Assembly (NCBI GenBank): GCA_964016885.1
Contig: OZ024747.1
Location: 87,296,001-87,360,000, forward strand
DNA: 64,000 nt
Source of the DNA: Eledone cirrhosa
Taxonomy: Eukaryota
Reading direction: 5' to 3'
Shown here: piece after piece, positions 12,214 to 25,880 of the stretch
Layout: every line of letters begins with the position of its first letter
How positions within the stretch are numbered: position 1 is the first letter of the stretch
Translations under genes and position numbers: made by a program
The notes under the pieces: model-generated
Told to the model about the DNA's origin: nothing
Database searches by the model: none
What the model saw: only the letters and a program-made list of their open reading frames with translations

Positions 12214-12678
12214 CACAGAAATTAGCAGAAATGTAGATGATAGTTTGTAAAATCGGGTAAATTATCGTTGCTAATATATATATATATATATATAGTACAA
12301 TTTAATATAAAATTATGATCAACACTAATGTGTTTTTTTTTTGCAAATTGACAATAATTTAGCCAGATAGAAATACCTTAATTCAAGTACATATAGTCCG
12401 CCTGTATCGATACAGGCGGACTATATGTACTTGAATTAAGGTATTTCTATCTGGCTAAATTATTGTCAATTTGCAAAAAAAAAACACATTAGTGTTGATC
12501 ATAATTTTATATTAAATTATACTGTAATGCTCAGAAGTATTTCTTAGAGCTTAATAATTGTATTTGACTCCTGAGTGAAAACTCTAAATTATAATATATA
12601 TATATATATATATTCCATCTCTAACGATAATTTACCCAATTTTCCAAACTATTATCTACATTTCTGCTAATTTCTGTG
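12214..12678. repeat. Nested palindromes in (TA)n: outer arms 12214-12269 and 12623-12678, inner spacerless palindrome 12294-12523 plus tail
   Basis: Inner centre ..cctgtatc|gatacagg..; arms reverse-complementary by eye. Confidence 0.85.
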
Positions 12679-12697
12679 GCCATATTTTCAAATTTAT

Positions 12698-12814
<117 letters not shown>

Positions 12815-12837
12815 TACATATATATATATACATATAC

Positions 12838-13281
12838 ATGAAGGAGCCCAACAGATGCTAATTTGGCTCGATGAAGAAATTAATAAAAAGAAAGAATTCG
12901 ACTGAGTTATCCGCAAGCAGCAATACAATTCGAACGCGAGAATTTTCACGTTATTAGCGTCCTTCAGGGGGGGGGGGGGGGGTATATGGACAACGGCAAG
13001 TGTAAGGACTGCTAAATATATCAGTCTGATTCGGCCAAATTCTTTACTCGACCGTAAGAGAGTAATTATCACATATACTGAAGATATACACATATATACA
13101 CAAGTATAGACATATATATGAGGGAGTCCAGCAAATACCAATTTGGCTCGAGGAAGGAATTAATAAAAATCAATTATTCAGAGCAGAATACAAATTAATT
13201 TTGGAAACGAAAACATGATCAAAAAATATTTACCTATTTACTCAGAGCGTCCCTACTGCAGTTTCACTGAACAAACTCAGC
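12838..13281 (-). mobile_element. Two 3'-end remnants (12838-12967, 13117-13281) of a TA-targeting HHR-bearing family, also at 60831-61065
   Basis: Shared atga.ggag.cca....at.c.a.tt.gctc.a.ga..gaattaataaaa; HHR 3' half gctgag..ttcagt GAAACTGCAGTA ggga at 13250-13281. Confidence 0.65.
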
Positions 13282-13284
13282 AAA

Positions 13285-13333
<49 letters not shown>

Positions 13334-13519
13334 CAAAAGGCTAACTGAAATAACAAGGGAAACGACACAGTACAGTAAAGAAATATGATTAGATTTACGC
13401 TATATATATATTTATATATATATATATATATATATATAGCTTATATGATTATATTTACGCTATATATATATATGTGTGTATATATATCTATATGTATGTA
13501 TATATATATATATATATAT

Positions 13520-14220
13520 ATATCACGATAAATTAACGGAGGCATAGGCCGTCGTTATTCCCTGTAAATAATGTGCTCAAAGGGGAAGAGATCCTGAGCC
13601 CTTTAAAATATAATATGTTGAGAAGGTAACACACCAGAGAGAGATATATAGTGCGTTATCAATAATACAGGGAAAAAACCACCAGTGTATGGAATCTATA
13701 ACCTATGAAAGGCAGACTATAGACACGATAATTAAAAATATAAATTAAAGCGTAAATAAATACCTCTATAACTATATAACACACGTACAAATCCAAAGAT
13801 ATGTTTCACCAAAAAATTTGTTGAAAGAAATGGTCTAGTCTCGGTTCATCAGCGTGTGTAAGGCCATACATTTCAGACAACACTAAGAGAATTTTACAAT
13901 TGACTGTCCAGCTACACGTGGGAGAGAGAAGTCACAGCGTGTTTAAGGGCAGTGAACCAGTGGCCTCTGAGAGACGAACTGCTAGAAAGGGCAGCCCAAA
14001 GCCACTCAGAGAAGTGTGCTCAACCAAACAGAGATAGGAAAGACTGTTATTAGGAGCGAAATATCACGATAAATTAACGGAGGCATAGGCCGTCGTTATT
14101 CCCTGTAAATAATGTGCTCAAAGGGGAAGAGATCCTGAGCCCTTTAAAATATAATATGTTGAGAAGGTAACACACCAGAAACGCACTATATATCTCTCTC
14201 TGGTGTGTTACCTTCTCAAC

Positions 14221-14228
<8 letters not shown>
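13520..14228 (-). mobile_element. ORF-less 541-bp unit + partial direct copy (about 119 bp) + 49-bp inverted segment; retrozyme/pLTR-like
   Basis: 13520-13638 = 14061-14179 (offset 541); 14180-14228 is the reverse complement of 13609-13657; TA flanks. Confidence 0.8.
13798..13852 (-). ncRNA. Candidate type-I HHR inside the 541-bp unit
   Basis: CTGATGA-accgaga..ttttggt-GAAACATATC; stem II pairs, stem III one base off palindromic ACATGT. Confidence 0.5.
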
Positions 14229-14274
<46 letters not shown>

Positions 14275-14350
14275 AATGTATATATGTATAAATGTATATA
14301 TGTATATATGTATATATGTATATATATATATATATGTATATATATATGTA

Positions 14351-14384
<34 letters not shown>

Positions 14385-14385
14385 C

Positions 14386-14416
<31 letters not shown>

Positions 14417-14427
14417 CATATAGTAGT

Positions 14428-14644
14428 GAAGGCGTGTGGCTGAGTGGTTAGAGAATTGGATTCACAATCGTAAGGTTGTGAGTTCGATTCCTGGACCAGG
14501 CGATGCGTTATGTCCTTGAGCAAGACACTTTATTTCACGTTGCTCCTTCTACCTGGAGTTGCGACCGATAGATAGTATTAGCAATTGGAAAGACCAACGG
14601 AAACATTGTTCCCTCGATCCGATTTGACGAAAGTCGATCGTTCC
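14428..14644 (+). mobile_element. SINE family B, embedded in (TA)n
   Basis: A/B boxes, TGTCCTTGAGCAAGACACTT; same 3' end as the 2916 copy. Confidence 0.85.
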
Positions 14645-14681
14645 TATCTATATATATATATATATATATACATATATATAC

Positions 14682-14725
<44 letters not shown>

Positions 14726-14745
14726 ATATATATATATATATATAT

Positions 14746-14820
<75 letters not shown>

Positions 14821-14823
<3 letters not shown>

Positions 14824-14940
14824 CGTTTCGTTTCTGAATTTGTTTAGCAAGATTCTTTATCTGAAACCGTGTGTTGAAACTGATATTGTTATACTTTGGG
14901 AGGGTCATGTTGGCAACATGACCCTCCCAAAGTATAACAA

Positions 14941-14942
<2 letters not shown>
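14821..14942 (-). mobile_element. Miniature fold-back remnant of the Nematis-like PLE family
   Basis: Hairpin tattgttatactttgggagggtcatgttg/caacatgaccctcccaaagtataacaata; tail homologous to 60386-60465. Confidence 0.75.
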
Positions 14943-14983
<41 letters not shown>

Positions 14984-15759
14984 CACGTTGGAACGAAATT
15001 TCCTTCCGAATCGAAAATATTGAACAAGATATATCAAACTTCTATCGTTAGATATGTTCCCCCAGCACCCGTAGAAGTGCTTTTATACTTTTGTGGTTTG
15101 AAGCACCTTAACGCGAAACAAACAACATAATTGGCGCATGTAAGAATAACCTTTCTCGCGGCTAACACATTGATTGCAATGTCTTTCCTAAAAGCTCCTC
15201 TATGGCTTAATGGCTGTCACATACAATGATATTTTAATATCAATCACTACCTATTATCAATTGCTATGTAGTTCTATCACAGGAACCGATATCCTGTCAA
15301 GAGGTTTTATCTAAGTTGACCTTACATATTCAAACCTGTGGTTTGCATAGCCAGCTGCAAGCAGCCTTTACTGTCCTTTCTAATAAGCCGTTACAAATTC
15401 CAGCTGTGGTATGTTCCAGCCCCCATTAATGTAATCGGAAAATCCCTTTGAAATCTGTCAAACAGTGGGATTTGCTTAAGAGCCGATTTAAAAGGCTTAC
15501 TTTTGTCTCCTGGTTACAATACGAGATATCAGTCTAATAAGGTTGGTAAGATTCCGATACACACAGGTGTCCTTTCTTTTTGTCATCCTGAGATATAGTA
15601 AAAACACATTACTGATACCTCAGGTAGATTCTTTACTTATATTCGTTCCACTTCTGTTTATCTTCCCTGATGTTTTTGTTGCTGTACTACCCTCAACTGT
15701 TGAATGCTGTTATTTATTTTACTGCTGTTGTATAGGTTGTTTTTCCATTAGTATCTGTT

Positions 15760-15920
15760 GCGGACATAGCATGACTAAGTGATTAAGAAGTTCGCTTCCC
15801 AATAATGAGGTCGCGGATTCAATCCTACTGCATTGCATCTTGGCCAAGTATCTTATCCTAGTCTCAAGCCTTGAGAAAGAAATTAAATAGAGAGAAACTG
15901 TGTGGAAGTTCGTCGGATGG
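15760..15920 (+). mobile_element. Diverged tRNA-derived SINE (third family)
   Basis: tgactaagtgattaagaagttcgcttccc..ggattcaatcc..cttggccaagtatctt. Confidence 0.5.
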
Positions 15921-16267
15921 GTTCTACGTGTAATTCAAAGCTCACTGATTTTGCCTGAGAATTACGTTAAGGATACCCATGTGTGTGGAATACTGAACCA
16001 CTTCCACATTCATTCACTGAGTTCGACGTTCAGTTAATCGAACAATAGAATGATTATCGTTTAAACGAAAGCTTTACACACCCCTGATACTTCTGGTAGA
16101 TTCTTTACTGCTACAGTTGAACCACTGATTAATCGTTGTTCTTGTCGTGGTGGTTGTGTCGGTAATCTATGATATAGATAGGCATTATATCTTGCTGCTT
16201 CAGTGGACGATAGAAATATTTCAGATGCTTTGCATGACATCTCTTTACTAGCCATCATGACTTAGAT

Positions 16268-16589
16268 CAGAGGTTCTCAAACTTTTGAGACCACTGCTCC
16301 CCTCACAGCCGCGTAATACCCTCATCTCCTTCCTGAGAGACCTGCCTACATGCAAATTATGAATAATATATAATAAATAAAATCTTTAATTTATATATAA
16401 TAAATAATATGATATATACTATGTATAAATAAATATTATATTTTTTTATTTTACTATATTTAGATGTAGTATGTATCATTTGATATTTAATATACTATTA
16501 TATCATCTCTACCACCCCCTTAGCCCCAGCGTCCCCTGCACCTTCTCAACGCCCCCTGGGGACGTTAGCATCTACTTTGAGAACTTCTA
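16268..16589. mobile_element. hAT (Charlie-like) MITE
   Basis: TIRs CAGAGGTTCTCAAA / TTTGAGAACTTCTA; 8-bp TSD ACTTAGAT on both sides. Confidence 0.85.
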
Positions 16590-17119
16590 ACTTAGATCAA
16601 TCTCCAGTATTTGACTGGTATTTATTTCATTGACTCAAAAAGGACAAAGTTTTAGAAGGCTTCCACTAAATTTGAGTTCAGAAGGTAAAACACGTAACAG
16701 AATACAGCAAAGCATTTTGTTCAGCGCTCTACCGATTCTACCATCTACCACATAATATACTTTTTTGTAAATTAAACAACAAACCACATACTTTATGGAA
16801 GTTAAATAGTCGATTGAATCGCCTCCAGTACATGGCTGGTATCTATTTTATCGATTGCAGAAGGACGAAAAGCAAAGTTAATTTTAACAAAATAATGAGG
16901 AGGTTGAGAAATTGGCTGTGGAGGAGCAGGAGGGGGTCGTAATCACATGATGGTGACAATGATAATGTTGTTGGTGATGATGATGGCGATGATTGTAAAA
17001 GGGATTTGTCCATTCAATCTGTATAAATGTCTGGGCAAAGTGTTCACTAATCAAATTTGAAAGTCTCATAACAGATACCATGTAAAATATTAAAAATAAA
17101 GAAACTTCTTTAGTTAAAA

Positions 17120-17709
17120 CTAGCAGAATGGCCCGGCGTTGCTCGGGATTTGCTCTAGGGTTCTTATATATTTGATATATATTTATCTATATCGAGCCTC
17201 GTGAAATAAATACGTTTGTTTATATTTTGTTATTGTGTTTGCAAAAATATCTGTACACGAATATATAATTATATATATATATTAAAATAGCAGATTAAAG
17301 TTTAAGCAAAGAATCGCTGCTTTCACCCTTAACAGGATCTTCTGAAACTAAAAAAAATTAATCTGTGAACGCAGAAGTAAATATTTCGGAAAACGTTACA
17401 CACTATATATATATACACACACACACTATATATACATATATACATACACACACATATAGCGTCATAATGTTGTAATGCAGACAGCCAGACATGCAGACAG
17501 ATATTATAAGGGCGCAACGTTATATCTATGTATCTATCTGAAAAGAAAGATTAAGAATTATAGAGAGAGATCGCTAAATCGCCTAACGCGGTCCCTAAAG
17601 CATTGAAAATTTGAAATTTGTTTTGCTCAAAACACTCACAGGACCATAAGTATTACATGTGTAAAGTTTGAAAAAAGTCGGTTGGGTGGTTCTCGAGTTT
17701 TAGGGAGCC

Positions 17710-17777
<68 letters not shown>

Positions 17778-17816
17778 TGACAAACAGACAGACATTCTCT
17801 GTTTTAGATATATAGA
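17120..17816 (-). mobile_element. Non-autonomous Helitron
   Basis: Minus strand: A|TCTATATATCTAAAAC, (GTCT)n, 3' hairpin cccgagcaacgccggg then CTAG|T; no TSD. Confidence 0.8.
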
Positions 17817-17904
17817 TGTAACAATGTCGGCTGTGTTGGAGGTTTTTCAGAGACGTTACCACCTTTTGGTGACACTTTGAAGTAGACAGTCACCCATAAT
17901 AATA

Positions 17905-18418
<514 letters not shown>

Positions 18419-18756
18419 TATATATATATATATAGCTGTTTAAACGGCCAGAGCTCAACCGTCGGGATCCTGAATTTTTCATATATATATATATATATAT
18501 ATATACAGAGGTAGGTGGGTGTGTATATATTTATGTATCATTTATAGAGTTAATTAGTCAACCTTCATTTAAAAATGTAGAATCGTCAATATTATTATTC
18601 AGTGGACATCATGTGAAAGTAAACAATGACAATAATAATGAGACGAAACAGACATTTGAACATACAATGGTATTTATTGAGCTTCACATTGACCAATCAA
18701 CAGCAATTACCGTTTCAATTAGAATTTTAAAAAAGAACTCATCCACTCCAGAAATA

Positions 18757-18945
18757 CAGTGAAATTCCGTTATAACGAAATTCGCGGGGTATAAAAAAAA
18801 TTCGTTGTAACGAAAAATTATTTATACCGTGATCTACCGAAACAATTCGAGCGTGTGTTTGTTATTATCCCGGGGATTGAAAATAAATTTCGTTATATTG
18901 AAAAAAATCATTATAATGGTATTCGTTATAACGGAATTTTACCTG
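18757..18945. mobile_element. pogo/Tigger-like MITE
   Basis: TIR CAG..AAATTCCGTTATAACGAA with TA flanks. Confidence 0.8.
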
Positions 18946-19134
18946 TAGGTCTGCATTGTCGTGATATTATTTTGCACACATGTATATTTATATATGTATG
19001 CGTTGCTGTTTGTATGTATGAAAGCACAAATTGTTTATAATAAATATTTGCTCTGCGGGTTTATCTATATTTATCGAGTTCTCTCTGGATTTAGGTTTTT
19101 GTATTTATCATTACTACTACTATATGGTGGTGCT

Positions 19135-19590
19135 GGTGTTTAGCAGCATGTCAGTCCTGATTAAGTAAACCTATACACACTCTCCACATGTGACCTCCAT
19201 CGCTAGCGGTCCCGTGTCAGCCCCTCTGCATCCTTCAAGGTGACGTCGAGCCTTTGGAGATCTTCCTTAATCACATCCAGCCATCTGGTGCCGGGCTTGC
19301 CGCGTGGGCACTTCCAGCCAGCAGCAACTATGTTGAACGAGGCCCTGGTAGGATGATCTGGCGGGAGGTAGAGGAAGACATGTCTGTACCAGTGCACGAG
19401 GTGGATGGCTGTGAGGCGGAAGGTGGCGGGCTGATGCGTGTGCACACGAAGTTCTTCGCTGGAAACGTGATGGTACCATCTGATATTCTCGATGGTCCTC
19501 GGGGCTCTACTATCGAAGCCGTCGATCCTCTTTGTCGGGATCTTCGTGAGGGGCCACGTTTCTGCTCTACCTAGATATGGAGCTTCATCT
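19135..19590 (-). mobile_element. RTE-clade LINE 3' fragment
   Basis: AETWPLTK..RIDGFDSR..IRWYHHVS.EELR..PRGKPGTRWLDVIKEDL. Confidence 0.8.
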
Positions 19591-21399
19591 TTCAGGAGAT
19601 GGAACGGGTATGGTCTGGCCACCGAGGTCATGCACTCCCATGCGAGTGAGGATGGTATGTTTAATTCAAATGCACTGGTCATATATTTAAAATCAGGTTT
19701 TCACTTACACCCTAGTGTATAATGAAAATTGAGATATTAATATGTAAAGCAGTGAATCGGCAGAGTCGTTAGAACGTCGTATAGAATACTTATCTGTATT
19801 TGTTCCGACTCCTTCCGCCCTGTTTTCAAATCCTGCTATATTTGACTTTACTTTTCACCCTTTCGAGGGTGATAAGCTACCAGTTCAGTACCGGAGTCGA
19901 TTCTTTCTCTTAAATAATTATTTTTAATATAGGCACAAGACCAGATATTTAAAGAGAGGGTTTATTAGTTAAATCGACTCGACTGGCACTTTATTTTATC
20001 AACCTGGAATTGTGAAAAGCAGAGTTGAAATCGTCTATGTTCAGGCCTGGAAAGGGTTCCGTTTCGGTAGATTTGGCTCATTATATTCCAACAATACAAC
20101 TTGCTATCCAGTATATACAGTTGATACGGAAATAGCAGCCACTGGGAATGATGTGTGCCAGATAATAAAACAACATAACAATAAATGTAGGGAAAATAAA
20201 ACACAGGGAGATCATGTAACTACATTTTATTAAGAACAAGAAACAAACTTACCGCCATTTCATGTTTTCATTTCAAATTCTGAACAAGTGTGTTGCGTTG
20301 CTTTTATCAGTAGTGTTAAGATGGCACTCTCTCTCTCTCTGGTCAAATGACTTAATATCTGTTTTCAATGACAAAAAGTCGAAAAGATCACAAATATGCA
20401 TATTATTAGCGCTTACGTTATCAGTAATTGAGATATATATAAAATTTTGCGCTAAGCATGTAAACACACATTTCCCTATAAATAGAAAAAATAAAGATAA
20501 ACATTTTGAATAGATTTCCCAACTGCTATGAGTTCCCATCAGAAGATATATATATCATCTAAACAACAAGTAAATACGTGAGTGACTTATATGCCCTATC
20601 GCTTATTGTGTTATCATTGAAATAGGTCTGCTAATTTGCATAATATTAGCGCTCATGCAGTTAGTTAATTTTGATATCTAGAAGCCTCTCAGTTACGTAT
20701 TTCCTTGGTGTTGTTATACATATCATCTGATGAGAACCCAAAATAGACCAAAAATCTATTCAAAATTTTATCATACATGCATACATACATACATACACAC
20801 ACATACATACATACATATACATACATAGACACACATACACGCACACACATACATACATACATACATACATACATACATACACACACATACATATACATAC
20901 ATAGACACACATACATACACACATACATACATACACACATACATTCATAGACATACATAGTCACCTACTCGCCCTCACACATACACAAACAAACACATAC
21001 AAACACACACATGCATACACATGTGCTACACATATTTAAAAGGAATCCACGCGTAGTTACAGAGAAATTATCAATAACAACATGGCGGAGTTGGAGAGGA
21101 TCGCTGTAAAAAGCCTCTTTTCTGATTAACTCCTGTCGTTAAAGACATGATTCCTACCTTAAGTGGATATATCACAAATAAAAGCTTAGCTCAACTATAT
21201 ATTATTCTCTTCTTCTTCTTCTCCTTCTTCTTTTTCTCCTCCTCCTCCTCCTCCTTCTTCTTCTTCTTCTCATACTCCTCCTTCTGCCTCTTCTTTTTCT
21301 TCTTCTTCTCCTCCTCCTCCTCCTCCTTCTTCTTCTCCTCCTTCTCCTCCTCATCCTCCTCATCCTCCTCCTCCTCCTTCTTCTTCTTCTTCTTCTTCA

Positions 21400-21575
21400 C
21401 CCACTTATTCCTGGGCAGGTAGTGAGGACAGTGCTCAAACACTCCTTCCAGCGGGTCCTGTCAGAAACAACCGCGTCTAACTGATCCGGCTGGATCCCCA
21501 AGTGAGACCAGCCAAGCTCATGGATGGTATCCAGCCATCTTGCTAGGAATCCATCCCTGGGTCCCCTGCCGGCTG
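21400..21575 (-). mobile_element. Rex3/Expander-like RTE 3' end with (GAA)n-type tail
   Basis: Homologous to 31099-31281; abuts the TTC/TCC tract. Confidence 0.7.
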
Positions 21576-22339
21576 ATTTTGCCCGTAAAATCTGTCCAGC
21601 GATTCTTTCCTGAGATTAAATATATTTCGATTGTTTTTTATTGTTATTGTTGCTGTCGTTGTTGTTGTTTTTATTGTCGTGGTTGTAGTTGTTGTCATCG
21701 ACCTCGCTAATATTGTTGTTGTTGATGTTGTCATCGTTGTTGTGGTCGTCGTCGTAGTTATTGTCGCTATTGTTGTGTTGTTGCCCCCCCCCCCCCCTAA
21801 GTATGTTGATGTTTCCATGGGGGTCAGCGTAACCATAGAAACTGAGATATTCAGGTTACGTTGATATACTCTTTGCCTTATCTGATGATAGAAAGGGGTT
21901 GTGGTTATAGCGAGGGAAGAACGTAAACAAAGCTAACGTTACGTTTTAAACCCTTGGGTGGGTGTGTATGTGTATAATGGGCATGTATGTGTATTCTTGT
22001 GTGTGTATGTGTGTGTGTGTGTGTGTGTGTAAGTGTTTGTGTGTGTTTTTAGAGAGGACAGTACCGTTCCCCTTCACTCACACACAAATACTTTAAAACT
22101 GTAGAAATGGATGGAATAACGAATAATGTTATTTCTAGCAGGTCGAGTGACCACATAGAGAGAATCTCTCGTTGACATCTTTAAAAGAGAAGGGTGTATA
22201 GATAATATAGTTCTACACTATAATGCATTAGAATGGCTACAAAACCTGCTATATAGATACTCTGTATAGTTTAAATGGCTCAAAATTACTGGAAGCATGA
22301 TAGCCATACTCTTCGCTAGTTCCCCGTTTAATCAAGCTC

Positions 22340-22550
22340 TATGGATTACATTCAGATCTCAGATTCCTCGCCTCCAGGAGACTCATGCACTCGATGAACG
22401 GGACGTCAGAGTGAAATCTTACGGTATATAGGGAATGTCCGGGAGGGGGTTGGGCAGTAGGATTGCTCCCCGCAACTTGCGTCAAATATCCGTGAAACCG
22501 ATCAAGGTCTCCGGGCCAACATGTCCGACCGGTAGGAACTATTAGGTGGT
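22340..22550 (+). pseudogene. Decayed APE endonuclease fragment of an L1/Tx1-like LINE
   Basis: LQETH motif (ctccaggagactcat) and downstream PTGR-like motif. Confidence 0.4.
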
Positions 22551-23549
22551 TACTTTAACAATTAAATATTGTAGGCTAACCTAAGGTAACTTAAAGTGAT
22601 TATCAAAATGAGACACGTGAAGTAGAATTAGAAATAAATTAAAATACAGTTAACTAGGTGAAGGCTGACTGAAGGTAACTTAAAGGAAATATCAGAGTGA
22701 AACACATGAGGAGGGATAAGAGATCAATTAAAGTTAAATATTGAGTTAATGGACACCAGTGACTTAACAGAAGGAATATTTACTTGGTTGAAATGTGTGA
22801 CCAAGGGAAATGCCTCCCTGCCTGAGCAAACAAGGAGATGAACCAAATACCGTCGCATCTCTAAAAAGACAGAGGTTTTCCCTACACCATCACAGTAACA
22901 ACCGAACCTGTCCCAAGACGGTAAATGTTTCTCCACTTCCACTCCCCGTGGATCCTACTATCTCACTCATTATTTTTACCTTCTATCTCCAAATATTCTG
23001 CAACCACACTGCAAGTATTTCTCTTGTCTCTCCTTGTTCTATTTTTCATTCCTTTCCATCTCTTCTACTTTCCATTCATCACTCCTTTTTCCCTCACTCT
23101 CCGTCCCATTTACACTTCCACATCAATTCTCCTTCACTCTCACCCCCTGTCATCCAATACCGCCCCCCTCCCGTGTTATCCAGACTGAGACGGCAGGAGA
23201 TGCCGGCCACGCATGCTCAGGAAGAAATTAGTGAGATGCACTCTCAAGTGGAAGATGGAGGTGTAGGGACGTGGGAAGCGAGGCAGATCTGTCAAGATCT
23301 AGTTGAAGTCTTGGAGTAGGACCAGGCACTCGTGGGCCTTGCCTGTGGGATGGTTCAGGAACAAGAAGAACTAACTACTGATTGCTTTCTCCGCTTCCTC
23401 TGTCTCTCCATCAATCCAACTCTCTCGCCCACTTACTCTCTTTATTACACTTACTCTCATTCTCTTTCATATACTCCCTTCCTTTTCTTCCCCCTTCCTC
23501 TCTTGCATGCCACCTCTCTCTTTATCTCTCTCTCTCTCTCTCTCTCTCG

Positions 23550-23591
<42 letters not shown>

Positions 23592-23702
23592 TGTTATTCT
23601 TTGGGAGGGTCATATTGCCAATAAGAAACACACGCATATATATATATATGCATTTATATACATACGTACATACACACATACATACACACACACACACACA
23701 CA

Positions 23703-23822
<120 letters not shown>

Positions 23823-23829
23823 ATATTAA

Positions 23830-24352
23830 GGATACTATTTATAGTTATGTATATTAAAACTATAAACAGGGAAGGTCAGTAATTTATTACTATCCTATTA
23901 CCAGTAAGATAAATAGCTCAATGTAATAACATCAGTTGTTCTACAGAGCAGTTATGTAGAATTCACAAGAATCAAAGCTATGTTCAAAGCATTTATTCAC
24001 TTACAATTGTTTCATCCAAACCTAGGCTTGGAGTCTTCGGAGCATATTTCAATGGTTGTACATATAATTGACTTCCTATCCAACGCCAGAGACATACAGA
24101 TACATATCTATATATTGATGTACAGTGGAGTGACATATATTATACTATACTATACTTGTACAGCAATTCAAATTTAAAATCAAAATTAAAATTAAAATAC
24201 ATGCGGCAGATTACACAGATAATGCACAGATTGCATTAACTGTGTTATCTGTGTTATCTGTGTTATCTAACACATGTATTTTAATTTTGATTTTAAATTT
24301 GAATTGCTGTACAAGTATAGTATAGTATAATATCTGCCACTCCACTGTACAT

Positions 24353-24414
<62 letters not shown>

Positions 24415-24557
24415 CTGTATGTCTCTTGCGTTGGATAGGAGGTCAATTATATGGACAAGCATTGAAAAATGTTCCGAAGACTCCAAGCCTAGGTTTGGAT
24501 GAAACAATTGTAAGTGAATAAATGCTTTGAACATAGCTTTGATTCTTGTGAATTCTA
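23830..24557. mobile_element. Fold-back element in (TA)n: arms about 23957-24215 and 24270-24557, tail on the left; HHR in each arm
   Basis: Reverse-complementary arms; right arm has an expanded TA tract. Confidence 0.8.
24471..24515 (+). ncRNA. Type-I HHR-like motif (U4>C); mirror copy at 23999-24043 (-)
   Basis: CCGAAGA-c tccaagc ctag gtttgga t-GAAACAATTGTA-agt. Confidence 0.55.
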
Positions 24558-24576
24558 TATATATATATATATATGT

Positions 24577-24615
<39 letters not shown>

Positions 24616-25048
24616 GTGCAACGCTTTAACTCTCAGCTCCGTCTGCACATCACACGCGCCCACTCACACACTAACATACACATACACACCGCCTCTCTTT
24701 CTTTTCCCCATTCTCAACCTCTCATTTCTTATTTTTACAAACTCTCTCTTTCTCTGCCACCCTTTAATCTTCTCTTTCCGTTCGTTTTCTGCCAAAATAT
24801 ATCAAGAGAGTTTATTCTCAAAGATAACGTTCTAAACGCAATCTCGCAGTGATGGGGTCCGATCCCAGCTGTGGTAGCGTAATCCCACACCTTTCTCTAT
24901 TAACCAGCGCTTGCTAACTTGTCAAACACCACTGCAAATGCGAACGTTGTTTGTTCTATATCAAGTAACATCATCAAAATACAATTTCTTAGATAGGTAT
25001 TCAAATAACCTATTTGAGAAAAAGCCATAAAAAATGTTGTTCGTACAG

Positions 25049-25111
<63 letters not shown>

Positions 25112-25140
25112 TGTATATATATGTATATATATTTATATAA

Positions 25141-25311
<171 letters not shown>

Positions 25312-25387
25312 AATATGTATATATATATATATGTATATCTATAAATATGTATATATATATATGTATATATATATATGTATATATATA

Positions 25388-25418
<31 letters not shown>

Positions 25419-25513
25419 ATATGTATATATATATATATATATGTATATCTATAAATATGTATATATATAATGTATATATATATGTATATATATAAATATG
25501 TATATATATATAA

Positions 25514-25576
<63 letters not shown>

Positions 25577-25578
<2 letters not shown>

Positions 25579-25789
25579 AACGAGTAGGACTCCGACGGCT
25601 GAGCTCAAGCCGTTTCGACGGCTAATTCTGGACAGAATTCTGGACAGAATTTGGTCCAGAATTAGCCGTCGAAACGGCTTGAACTCAGCCGTCGGGGTCC
25701 TACTAGTTCCTATTACCCACTCTACTACCCTAACTATTGAGTACTTTGGTGCGTTATGGTCCACCTGGTTCCTTACCACATTTCCTTCG

Positions 25790-25790
<1 letters not shown>
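25577..25790 (+). mobile_element. Fold-back remnant in (TA)n containing the 3' half of an HHR
   Basis: Arms 25577-25633 and 25654-25710; GAAACGGCT-tgaactc-AGCCGTC stem III with GUC; related piece at 18435-18480. Confidence 0.7.

Positions 25791-25880
<90 letters not shown>

Noticed and set aside
14428-14500. tRNA gene
   Set aside because: A/B boxes continue into a shared SINE body; no convincing cloverleaf.
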